A stretch of DNA of 64,000 nt from Balanoglossus misakiensis (Eukaryota > Animalia > Hemichordata), in the NCBI GenBank assembly GCA_040954595.2, contig CM082585.2, positions 2,138,902 to 2,202,901 of the forward strand, in the 5' to 3' direction. Shown in pieces: positions 48,701 to 61,402 of the stretch (positions within the stretch are counted from its first letter, which is position 1; each line of letters opens with the position of its first letter). Both the position numbers and the translations under genes were made by a program. The notes under the pieces are model-generated. The model saw only the letters and a list, made by a program, of their open reading frames with translations, was not told the origin of the DNA and did not search any database.

Positions 48701-51700
48701 TGAGATTTTGCAAAGACGAAAATTTGTCGTTTTTTGATGATTTTCACCCATGATTTTTCTCAAAAATCGACGAAATTTTGAGATTTTGCAAAGTCGAAAA
48801 TTTGTCATTTTTTGATGATTTTCACCCATGATTCTTTTCAAAAATCGACGAAATTTGAGATTTTGCAAAGTCGAAAATCTGTCATTTTTTGATGATTTTT
48901 ACCCATGATTTTTTTTTTCAAAAATCGACCAAATTTTGAGATTTTGCAAAGACGAAAATTTGTCATTTTTTGATGATTTTCACTCATGATTTTTCTCAAA
49001 AATCGACGAAATTTTGAGATTTTGCAAAGTCAAAAATTTGTCATTTTTTGATGATTTTCACCCATGATTTTTTTCAAAAATCGACGAAATTTAAGATTTT
49101 GCAAAGTCGAAAATTTGTCATTTTTTGATGATTTTCACCCATGATTTTTTTCAAAAATCGACGAAATTTTGAGATTTTGCAAAGTCGAAAATTTGTAATT
49201 TTTTGATGATTTTCACCCATGTTTTTTTTCAAAATTGAACGAACCCATGATTTTTTTCAAAAATCGACGAAATTTTGAGATTTTGCAAAGTCGAAAATTT
49301 GTCATTTTTTGATGATTTTCACCCATGTTTTTTTTTTCAAAAATCGACGAAATTTTGAGATTTTGCAAAGTCGAAAATTTGTCATTTTTTGATGATTTTC
49401 ACCCATGATTTTTTTCAAAAATCGACAAAATTTTTAGATTTTGCAAAGTCGAAAATTTGTAATTTTTTGATGATTTTCACCCATGATTTTTTTTCAAAAA
49501 TCAACGAACCCATGATTTTTTTTCAAAAATCGACAAAATTTTGAGATTTTGCAAAGTCGAAAATTTGTCATTTTTTGATGATTTTCACCCATGATTTTTC
49601 TCAAAAATCGACGAAATTTTGAGATTTTGCAAAGTCGAAAATTTGTAATTTTTTGATGATTTTCACCCATGATTTTTTTTTCAAAAATCGACGAAATTTT
49701 GAGATTTTGCAATGTCGAAAATTTGTCATTTATTAATGATTTTCACCCATGATTTTTTTTCAAAAATCGACAAATTTTTGAGATTTTGCAAAGTCGAAAA
49801 TTTGTAATTTTTTGATGATTTTCACCCATGTTTTTTTTCAAAATTGAACGAACCCATGATTTTTTTCAAAAATCGACGAAATTTTGAGATTTTGCAAAGT
49901 CGAAAATTTGTCATTTTTTGATGATTTTCACCCATGATTTTTTTCAAAAATCGACGAAATTTTGAGATTTTGCAAAGTCGAAAATTTGTCATTTTTTGAT
50001 GATTTTCACCCATGATTTTTTTCAAAAATCGACAAAATTTTGAGATTTTGCAAATTCGAAAATTTGTAATTTTTTGATGATTTTCACCCATGTTTTTTTT
50101 CAAAAATCAACGAACCCATGATTTTTTTTCAAAAATCAGCAAAATTTTGAGATTTTCCAAAGTCGAAAATTTGTCATTTTTTGATGATTTTCACCCATGA
50201 TTTTTCTCAAAAATCGACGAAATTTTGAGATTTTGCAAAGTCGAAAATTTGTAATTTTATGATGATTTTCACCCATGATTTTTTTTCAAAAATCGACGAA
50301 ATTTTGAGATTTTGCAAAGTCGAAAATTTGTCATTTATTAATGATTTTCACCCATGATTTTTTTTCAAAAATCGACAAAATTTTGAGATTTTGCAAAGTC
50401 GAAAATTTGTAATTTTTTGATGATTTTCACCCATGTTTTTTTTCAAAATTGAACGAACCCATGATTTTTTTCAAAAATCGACGAAATTTTGAGATTTTGC
50501 AAAGTCGAAAATTTGTCATTTTTTGATGATTTTCACCCATGTTTTTTTTTTCAAAAATCGACGAAATTTTGAGATTTTGCAAAGTCGAAAATTTGTCATT
50601 TATTAATGATTTTCACCCATGATTTTTTTTCAAAAATCGACAAATTTTTGAGATTTTGCAAAGTCGAAAATTTGTAATTTTTTGATGATTTTCACCCATG
50701 TTTTTTTTCAAAATTGAACGAACCCATGATTTTTTTCAAAAATCGACGAAATTTTGAGATTTTGCAAAGTCGAAAATTTGTCATTTTTTGATGATTTTCA
50801 CCCATGATTTTTTTCAAAAATCGACAAAATTTTGAGATTTTGCAAAGTCGAAAATTTGTCATTTTTTGATGATTTTCACCCATGATTTTTTTTTTCAAAA
50901 ATCGACGAAATTTTGAGATTTTGCAAAGACGAAAATTTGTAATTTTTTGATGATTTTCACCCATGTTTTTTTTCAAAAATCAACGAACCCATGATTTTTT
51001 TTCAAAAATCAGCAAAATTTTGAGATTTTCCAAAGTCGAAAATTTGTCATTTTTTGATGATTTTCACCCATGATTTTTCTCAAAAATCGACGAAATTTTG
51101 AGATTTTGCAAAGTCGAAAATTTGTAATTTTTTGATGATTTTCACCCATGATTTTTTTTCAAAAATCGACGAAATTTTGAGATTTTGCAAAGTCGAAAAT
51201 TTGTCATTTATTAATGATTTTCACCCATGATTTTTTTTCAAAAATCGACAAAATTTTGAGATTTTGCAAAGTCGAAAATTTGTAATTTTTTGATGATTTT
51301 CACCCATGTTTTTTTTCAAAATTGAACGAACCCATGATTTTTTTCAAAAATCGACGAAATTTTGAGATTTTGCAAAGTCGAAAATTTGTCATTTTTTGAT
51401 GATTTTCACCCATGTTTTTTTTTTCAAAAATCGACGAAATTTTGAGATTTTGCAAAGTCGAAAATTTGTCATTTATTAATGATTTTCACCCATGATTTTT
51501 TTTCAAAAATCGACAAATTTTTGAGATTTTGCAAAGTCGAAAATTTGTAATTTTTTGATGATTTTCACCCATGTTTTTTTTCAAAATTGAACGAACCCAT
51601 GATTTTTTTCAAAAATCGACGAAATTTTGAGATTTTGCAAAGTCGAAAATTTGTCATTTTTTGATGATTTTCACCCATGATTTTTTTCAAAAATCGACAA

Positions 51701-54700
51701 AATTTTGAGATTTTGCAAAGTCGAAAATTTGTAATTTTTTGATGATTTTTACCCATGATTTTTTTTTTCAAAAATCGACGAAATTTTGAGATTTTGCAAA
51801 GACGAAAATTTGTAATTTTTTGATGATTTTCACCCATATTTTTTTTCAAAATTGAACGAACCCATGATTTTTTTCAAAAATCGACGAAATTTTGAGATTT
51901 TGCAAAGTCGAAAATTTGTCATTTTTTGATGATTTTCACCCATGATTTTTTTCAAAAATCGACGAAATTTTGAGATTTTGCAAAGTCGAAAATGTGTCAT
52001 TTTTTGATGATTTTCACCCATGATTTTTTTCAAAAATCGACAAAATTTTGAGATTTTGCAAATTCGAAAATTTGTAATTTTTTGATGATTTTCACCCATG
52101 TTTTTTTTCAAAAATCAACGAACCCATGATTTTTTTTCAAAAATCGACAAAATTTTGAGATTTTGCAAAGTCGAAAATTTGTCATTTTTTGATGATTTTC
52201 ACCCATGATTTTTCTCAAAAATCGACGAAATTTTGAGATTTTGCAAAGTCGAAAATTTGTAATTTTTTGATGATTTTCACCCATGATTTTTTTTCAAAAA
52301 TCGACGAATTTTGAGATTTTGCAAAGTCGAAAATTTGTCATTTATTAATGATTTTCACCCATGATTTTTTTTCAAAAATCGACAAAATTTTGAGATTTTG
52401 CAAAGTCGAAAATTTGTAATTTTTTGATGATTTTCACCCATGTTTTTTTTCAAAATTGAACGAACCCATGATTTTTTTCAAAAATCGACGAAATTTTGAG
52501 ATTTTGCAAATTCGAAAATTTGTCATTTTTTGATGATTTTCACCCATGTTTTTTTTTCCAAAATCGACGAAATTTTGAGATTTTGCAAAGTCGAAAATTT
52601 GTCATTTTTTGATGATTTTTTCCCATGATTTTGTTTTTCAAAAATCGACCAAATTTTGAGATTTTGCAAAGACAAATAATTGTCATTTTTTGATGATTTT
52701 CACCCATGATTTTTTTCAAAAATCGACGAAATTTTGAGATTTTGCAAAGACGAAAATTTGTCGTTTTTTGATGATTTTCACCCATGATTTTTCTCAAAAA
52801 TCGACGAAATTTTGAGATTTTGCAAAGTCGAAAATTTGTCATTTTTTGATGATTTTCACCCATGATTCTTTTCAAAAATCGACGAAATTTGAGATTTTGC
52901 AAAGTCGAAAATCTGTCATTTTTTGATGATTTTTACCCATGATTTTTTTTTTCAAAAATCGACCAAATTTTGAGATTTTGCAAAGACGAAAATTTGTCAT
53001 TTTTTGATGATTTTCACTCATGATTTTTCTCAAAAATCGACGAAATTTTGAGATTTTGCAAAGTCAAAAATTTGTCATTTTTTGATGATTTTCACCCATG
53101 ATTTTTTTCAAAAATCGACGAAATTTAAGATTTTGCAAAGTCGAAAATTTGTCATTTTTTGATGATTTTCACCCATGATTTTTTTCAAAAATCGACGAAA
53201 TTTTGAGATTTTGCAAAGTCGAAAATTTGTCATTTTTTGATAATTTTTTCCTATGATTTTTCTCAAAAATCGACGAAATTTTGAGATTTTGCAAAGTCAA
53301 AAATTTGTCATTTTTTGATGATTTTCACCCATGATTTTTTTCAAAAATCGACGAAATTTAAGATTTTGCAAAGTCGAAAATTTGTCATTTTTTGATGATT
53401 TTCACCCATGATTTTTTTCAAAAATCGACGAAATTTTGAGATTTTGCAAAGTCGAAAATTTGTCATTTTTTGATGATTTTCACCCATGATTTTTTTCAAA
53501 AATCGACAAAATTTTTAGATTTTGCAAAGTCGAAAATTTGTAATTTTTTGATGATTTTTACCCATGATTTTTTTTTCAAAAATCGACGAAATTTTGAGAT
53601 TTTGCAAAGACGAAACTTTTTAATTTTTTGATGATTTTCACCCATGACTTTTTTTCAAAAATTTACGAAATTTTGAGATTTTGCAAAGTCGAAAATTTGT
53701 AATTTTTTGATGATTTTCACCCATGTTTTTTTTTCCAAAATCGACGAAATTTTGAGATTTTGCAAATTCGAAAATTTGTAATTTTTTGATGATTTTCACC
53801 CATGTTTTTTTTCAAAAATCAACGAACCCATGATTTTTTTTCAAAAATCGACAAAATTTTGAGATTTTGCAAAGTCGAAAATTTGTCATTTTTTGATGAT
53901 TTTCACCCATGATTTTTCTCAAAAATCGACGAAATTTTGAGATTTTGCAAAGTCGAAAATTTGTAATTTTTTGATGATTTTCACCCATGATTTTTTTTCA
54001 AAAATCGACGAAATTTTGAGATTTTGCAAAGTCGAAAATTTGTCATTTATTAATGATTTTCACCCATGATTTTTTTTCAAAAATCGACAAAATTTTGAGA
54101 TTTTGCAAAGTCGAAAATTTGTAATTTTTTGATGATTTTCACCCATGTTTTTTTTTCAAAATTGAACGAACCCATGATTTTTTTCAAAAATCGACGAAAT
54201 TTTGAGATTTTGCAAAGTCGAAAATTTGTCATTTTTTGATTTTCACCCATGATTTTTTTCAAAAATCGACAAAATTTTTAGATTTTGCAAAGTCGAAAAT
54301 TTGTAATTTTTTGATGATTTTTACCCATGATTTTTTTTTTCAAAAATCGACGAAATTTTGAGATTTTGCAAAGACGAAAATTTGTAATTTTTTTATGATT
54401 TTCACCCATGACTTTTTTTCAAAAATTTACGAAATTTTGAGATTTTGCAAAGTCGAAAATTTGTCATTTTTTGATGATTTTCACCCATGTTTTTTTTTCA
54501 AAAATCGACGAAATTTTGAGATTTTGCAAATTCGAAAATTTGTAATTTTTTGATGATTTTCACCCATGTTTTTTTTTCAAAAATCAACGAACCCATGATT
54601 TTTTTTCAAAAATCTACGAAATTTTGAGATTTTGCAAAGTCGAAAATTTGTCATTTTTTGATGATTTTCACCCATGATTTTTTTCAAAAATCGACAAAAT

Positions 54701-57700
54701 TTTTAGATTTTGCAAAGTTGAAAATTTGTATTTTTTTGATGATTTTCACCCATGTTTTTTTTTTCAAAAATCGACGAAATTTTGAGATTTTGCAAATTCG
54801 AAAATTTGTAATTTTTTGATGATTTTCACCCATGTTTTTTTTCAAAAATCAACGAACCCATGATTTTTTTTCAAAAATCGACAAAATTTTGAGATTTTGC
54901 AAAGTCGAAAATTTGTCATTTTTTGATGATTTTCACCCATGATTTTTTTTCAAAAATCGACGAAATTTTGAGATTTTGCAAAGTCGAAAATTTGTCATTT
55001 TTTGATTATTTTCACCCATGATTTTTTTCAAAAATCGACAAAATTTTTAGATTTTGCAAAGTCGACAATTTGTCATTTTTTGATGATTTTCACCATGATT
55101 TTTTTTTAAAAAATGACGAAATTTTAAGATTTTGCAAAGACGAAAATTTGTCATTTTTTGATGATTTTCACCCATGATTTTTTTTCAAAAATGTACGAAA
55201 TTTTGAGATTTTGCAAAGTCGAAAATTTGTAATTTTTTGATGATTTTCACCAATGTTTTTTTTAAAAAATCAACGAACCCATGATTTTTTTAAAAAATTG
55301 ACACAAATGTTTTTTTTTAAAAATCAACGAACTCATGATTTTTTTAAAAAATTGACATTTTGAGATTTTGCAAAGTCGAAAATTTGTCATTTTTTGATGA
55401 TTTTCACCATGATTGTTTTTTTCAAAAATCGACAAAATTTTTAGATTTTGCAAAGTCGAAAATTTGTAATTTTTTGATGATTTTTACCCATGATTTTTTT
55501 TTTCAAAAATCGACGAAATTTTGAGATTTTGCAAAGACGAAAATTTGTAATTTTTTGATGATTTTCACCCATGACTTTTTTTCAAAAATTTACGAAATTT
55601 TGAGATTTTGCAAAGTCGAAAATTTGTCATTTTTTGATGATTTTTTCCCATGATTTAGTTTTTCAAAAATCGACCAAATTTTGGGATTTTGCAAAGACGA
55701 AAATTTGTCATTTTTTGATGATTTTCACCCATGATTTTTTTCAAAAATCGACGAACCCATGATTTTTTTTTCCAAAATCTACGAAATTTTGAGATTTTGC
55801 AAAGTCGAAAATTTGTAATTTTTTGATGATTTTCACCCATGTTTTTTTTTCCAAAATCGACGAAATTTTGAGATTTTGCAAATTCGAAAATTTGTAATTT
55901 TTTGATGATTTTCACCCATGTTTTTTTTCAAAAATCAACGAACCCATGATTTTTTTTCAAAAATCGACAAAATTTTGAGATTTTGCAAAGTCGAAAATTT
56001 GTCATTTTTTGATGATTTTCACCCATGATTTTTCTCAAAAATCGACGAAATTTTGAGATTTTGCAAAGTCGAAAATTTGTAATTTTTTGATGATTTTCAC
56101 CCATGATTTTTTTTCAAAAATCGACGAAATTTTGAGATTTTGCAAAGTCGAAAATTTGTCATTTATTAATGATTTTCACCCATGATTTTTTTTCAAAAAT
56201 CGACAAAATTTTGAGATTTTGCAAAGTCGAAAATTTGTAATTTTTTGATGATTTTCACCCATGTTTTTTTTTCAAAATTGAACGAACCCATGATTTTTTT
56301 CAAAAATCGACGAAATTTTGAGATTTTGCAAAGTCGAAAATTTGTCATTTTTTGATGATTTTCACCCATGATTTTTTTCAAAAATCGACAAAATTTTTAG
56401 ATTTTGCAAAGTCGAAAATTTGTAATTTTTTGATGATTTTTACCCATGATTTTTTTTTTCAAAAATCGACGAAATTTTGAGATTTTGCAAAGACGAAAAT
56501 TTGTAATTTTTTTATGATTTTCACCCATGACTTTTTTTCAAAAATTTACGAAATTTTGAGATTTTGCAAAGTCGAAAATTTGTCATTTTTTGATGATTTT
56601 CACCCATGTTTTTTTTTCAAAAATCGACGAAATTTTGAGATTTTGCAAATTCGAAAATTTGTAATTTTTTGATGATTTTCACCCATGTTTTTTTTTCAAA
56701 AATCAACGAACCCATGATTTTTTTTCAAAAATCTACGAAATTTTGAGATTTTGCAAAGTCGAAAATTTGTCATTTTTTGATGATTTTCACCCATGATTTT
56801 TTTCAAAAATCGACAAAATTTTTAGATTTTGCAAAGTTGAAAATTTGTATTTTTTTGATGATTTTTACCCATGATTTTATTTTTCAAAAATCGACGAAAT
56901 TTTGAGATTTTGCAAAGACGAAAATTTGTAATTTTTTGATGATTTTCACCCGTTTTTTTTTCAAAAATCAACGAACCCATGATTTTTTTTCAAAAATCGA
57001 CAATATTTTGAGATTTTGCAAAGTTGAACATTTGTCATTTGTTGATGATTTTCACCCATGTTTTTTTTTTCAAAAATGGACGAACCCATGTTTTTTTTTT
57101 TCAAAAATCGACGAATTTTTGAAAATTTTGTTAAGTCGAAAATTTGTAATTTTTTTGATGATTTCCCCCCCCCCACGATTTTTTTTTTCAAAAATCGACG
57201 AAATTTTGAGATTTTGCAAAGTTGAACATTTGTCATTTGTTGATGATTTTCACCCATGTTTTTTTTTTCAAAAATGGACGAACCCATGTTTTTTTTTTAA
57301 AATCGACGAATTTTTCAAAATTTTGCAAAGTCGAAAATTTGTCATTTTTTTGATGATTTCCCCCCCCCCCCACGATTTTTTTTTCAAAAATTGACGAAAT
57401 TTTGAGATTTTGCAAAGTCGAAAATTTGTCATTTTTTGATGATTTTTACCCATGATTTTTTTTCAAAAATTGACGAAATTTTAAGATTTTGCAGTCGAAA
57501 ATTTGTCATTTTTTGATGATTTTCCCCTATGATTTTTTTCAGAAATCGATGAAATTTTGAGATTTTGCAAAGTCGAAACTTTGTCATTTTTGATGATTTT
57601 CACCCATTTTTTTTCAAGAATCATTTTTTGAAGATTTTCACCCATGTTTTTTTTCAAAATCGACGGACTTTTGAGATTTTGCAAATTCGAAAATTTGTCA

Positions 57701-59054
57701 TTTTTTGATGATTTTCACCCGTTTTTTTTTCGACGAACCCATGTTTTTTTTTTTCCAAAATCGACGATATATTGAGATTTTGCAAAGTCGAAAATTTGTC
57801 ATTTTTTTATGATTTCCCCCCCCCCCACGATTTTTTTTTTCAAAAATCGACGAAAATCTCGAAGTTCTTGCAAAGTCGAAAATTTGTCATTTTTTGATGA
57901 TTTTCAGCCATGATTTTTTTTAAAAATCGACGAACCCATACTTTTTTCAAAATCGACAAAATTTTGAGATTTTGCAGTCGAAAATTTGTCATTTTTTGAT
58001 GATTTTCATCCATGTTTTTTTTTCAAAAATCGACGAAATTTTGAGATTTTGCAGTCAAAAATTTGTCATTTGTTGATGATTTTCATCAGCTATAACCCAT
58101 TTTTTTTTCAAAAATCGACCAATTTTTGAAAATTTTGCAAAGTCGAAAATTTGTCATTTTTTGATGATTTTCACCCATGATTTTTTTCAAAAATCGACGA
58201 AATTTTGAGATTTTGCAAAGTCGAACATTTTTCATTTATTGATGATTTTTACCCATGATTTTTTTTCAAAAATTGACGAAATTTTAAGATTGTGCAGTCG
58301 AAAATTTGTCATTTTTTGATGATTTTCACCCATTTTTTTTCAAAAATCGACGAAATTTTGAGTTTTTGCAAAGTCGAAAATTTGTCATTTTTTGAAGATT
58401 TTCACCCATGTTTTTTTTTTAAATCGACGGACTTTTGAGATTTTGCAAAGTCGAAAATTTGTCATTTTTTGATGATTTTCACCCATGTTTTTTTTTCGAC
58501 GAACCCATGTTTTTTTTTCCAAAATCGACGATATTTTGAGATTTTGCAAAGTCGAAAATTTGTCATTTTTTTATGATTTCCCCCCCCACCCCACGATTTT
58601 TTTTTCAAAAATCGACGAAAATCTCGAAGTTCTTGCAAAGTCGAAAATTTGTCATTTTTTGATGATTTTCACCCATGATTTTTTTTAAAAATCGACGAAC
58701 CCATACTTTTTTCAAAATCGACAAAATTTTGAGATTTTGCAGTCGAAAATTTGTCATTTTTCGATGATTTTCATCCATGTTTTTTTTCAAAAATCGACGA
58801 AATTTTGAGATTTTGCAAAGTCGAAAATTTGTCATTTTTTGATGATTTTCACCCATGATTTTTCTCAAAAATCGACGAAATTTTGAGATTTTGCAAAGTC
58901 GAAAATTTGTCATTTTTTGATGATTTTCACCCATGATTTTTTTTTTCAAAAATCGACAAAATTCCCATTTTTTGAAGATTTTCTCCCATGTTTTTTTTCA
59001 AAAATCGACGAACCCATGATTTTTTTTCAAAATCGACGAAATTTTGAGATTTTG
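30773..59054 (+). repeat. 78-bp tandem satellite, main block with higher-order duplications
   Basis: Continuous array. Identical ORF-track translations recur at offsets of 7868, 4034-4035, 3162 and 1213 bp. Monomers become more degenerate after about 56900. Confidence 0.97.
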
Positions 59055-59984
59055 CAAAATCTCAATATTTCGTCGATTTTGAAAAAAATCATGGGTTCTT
59101 GCAAAATCTCAAAATTTCGTCGATTTTGAAAAAAATCATGGGTTCGTTGAATTTTGAAAAAAATCATGGGTGAAAATCATCAAAAAATGACAAATTTTCG
59201 ACTTTGCAAAATCTCAAAATTTCGTCGATTTTGGAAAAAAATCATGGGTTCGTCGATTTTTGCAAAAAATCATGGGTGAAAATCATCAAAAAATGACAAA
59301 TTTTCGACTTTGCAAAATCTCAAAATTTCGTCGAATTTGAAAAAAATCATGGGTTCTTGCAAAATCTCAAAATTTCGTCGATTTTGAAAACAATCATGGG
59401 TTCGTTGAATTGTGAAAAAAAACATGGATGAAAATCATCAAAAAATGACAAATTTTCGACTTTGCAAAATCTCAAAATTTCGTCGATTTTGAAAAAAAAT
59501 TATGGGTTCGTCGATTTTTGAAAAAAAAAATGGGTGAAAATCATCAAAATGACCAATGTTCGACTTTGCAAATCTCAAAATTTCGTCGATTTTTGAAATA
59601 AAAAATCATGGGCTATAGCTCATGAAAATCATCAACAAATGTCAAATTTTCAACTTTGCGAAATCTCAAAATATCGTCGATTTTTGAAAAAAAAAACATG
59701 GGTTCGTCGATTTTGAAAAAAAAATCATGGGCTATAGCTCATGAAAATCATCAACAAATGTCAAATTTTCAACTTTGCGAAATCTCAAAATTTCGTCGAT
59801 TTTGAAAAAAATTATGGGTTCGTCGATTTTTGAAAAAAATCATGGGTGAAAATCATCAAAAAATGACAAATTTTCGACTGCAAAATCTCAAAATTTCGTC
59901 GATTTCGAAAAAAATCATGGGTTCGTCGATTTTTGAAAAAAAAAACATGGATGAAAATCATCAAAAAATTACAAATTTTCGACT
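59055..59984 (-). repeat. Same satellite in inverted orientation
   Basis: CATGGGTGAAAATCATCAAAAAATGACAAATTTTCGACTTTGCAAAATCTCAAAATTTCGTCG is the reverse complement of the monomer. Confidence 0.96.
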
Positions 59985-60860
59985 TAGTGTGGTATGATGT
60001 GTATTCCCGTAGGATTTTTGTGCTAAAATTGATTTTTTTGCTGTTTTGGCTTCTACGGGGACCCAACTACCCGAAAATGATGGGGTGCAATTTTAAGGGC
60101 CCCTCCATCATATTTTTCTGGGGGGGGGGGTACTTCCGTTTTGTGGTATGATGTGTATTCCCGTAGGATTTTTCTGCTAAAATTGATTTTTTTTGCTGTT
60201 TGGCTTCAATGGGGACCCAACTACCCAAAAATCATGGGGTGCAATTTTTAGGGCCCCTCCATCAATTTTTTTCGGGGGGTCTCTTCTGTTTTGGTCACTC
60301 GAGGATATTTGTTCACCTATTTACTCTATCATCATGGGAATTTGGGCTACAATTAATTTGTTTTTGTTGTGTTTGCTTTGGAGGAGACCAACCTGGCCAA
60401 AAATAATCGGGTGCAAATTATAGGGCCCCTCCATCATTTTTTATTTGGGGGGGGGGGCACTTCCATTTTGGCCACTCCGAAGTTGTTTGTTGGCCTATTT
60501 ACTCCCTTCTCATAGAATATTTTGCTAAAAATATTATTTTTCTTTGATGTTTTGGTTTCAATGGGGCTCCACCAGAACTAAAATGATGGGGTTCAAATTT
60601 TTGGAACCTTCCATCATGTCTTGGGGGGGGGAGGGTAATCATTTCTGTTTTGGCCACCCTGAAGATACTTATTCACCTATTTACTATACGGTTAGTATTG
60701 TCGTGGTATTTCTTGCAATTTGGTTTGCTCCTTTGGCTTGAATGCAGACTGACTGCCGAAAAGTGATGGTGTGCAAAATGTTGGACCCCTTTACCACATT
60801 TTTTGGTGGGGGGGGGGGGGGGGGTCTCTATATTTGTTTTCGCCAACCCGTTGTAACAGT
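59985..60860. repeat. Left TIR built of ~155-180-bp tandem subunits; mirrored at about 62330-63137
   Basis: GTGGTATGATGTGTATTCCCGTAGG occurs at 59988 and 60143. GGGCCCCTCCATCAT plus a G-run recurs, with reverse-complement copies at the right end. Similarity decays inward, so inner boundaries are approximate. Confidence 0.85.
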
Positions 60861-61168
60861 AGTTTTTTTTTATCTTAGATTTTTTCGTTTATTCTAAATT
60901 TAGTATACTAAGGTAAATTAAAACTCCTTTATATATAATAAAGTACATAATGTGTATTTTAGTTTATTTTCCGAGCTACAGTCCCATCTCATAAAATGGA
61001 CCCTTGAGGCACCCTCCCTACCACGGACGGTGCAATAAACAACCCAAGAAGCATAACGATTCTTTTCTGATATCTTGGTATTCTCAATCATCATTTTCAC
61101 GAAACCCAGTTCTGTTTGATCTACTCATCGCCAGTGTCGTTATCTTCAAGAACATTTCCCCCTGGTTT

Positions 61169-61402
61169 TCAGTCTCCACCATAGCATTTGCAGAGGGGAG
61201 TACATAGTAAATCATTCTTTGAGCAACTGCAACGTCCCCTACAACCTGCTTTGCAGCCACATTTGATAAGCTCTAGTACTGCCTTTGGTGCAGGGAGAGC
61301 AAGACATTTTACTGGATAAAACACGCCATTCTCCGATTTCCACCCATTCTTTTTGATTGGGGGAAGTTCAGGACAATTTGTTGCGTATGATTTATCTCTC
61401 AT
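61169..61402 (-). pseudogene. C-terminal remnant of a transposase with a Cys8 (CXC-like) zinc finger
   Basis: LPPIKKNGW..PAPKAVLELIKCGCKAGCRGRCSCSKNDLLCTPLCKC has eight clustered Cys. No upstream catalytic region is present. Confidence 0.78.

Noticed and set aside
7542-59054. CRISPR-like regular repeats
   Set aside because: No unique spacers and no cas genes; the context is eukaryotic, with spliceosomal introns.
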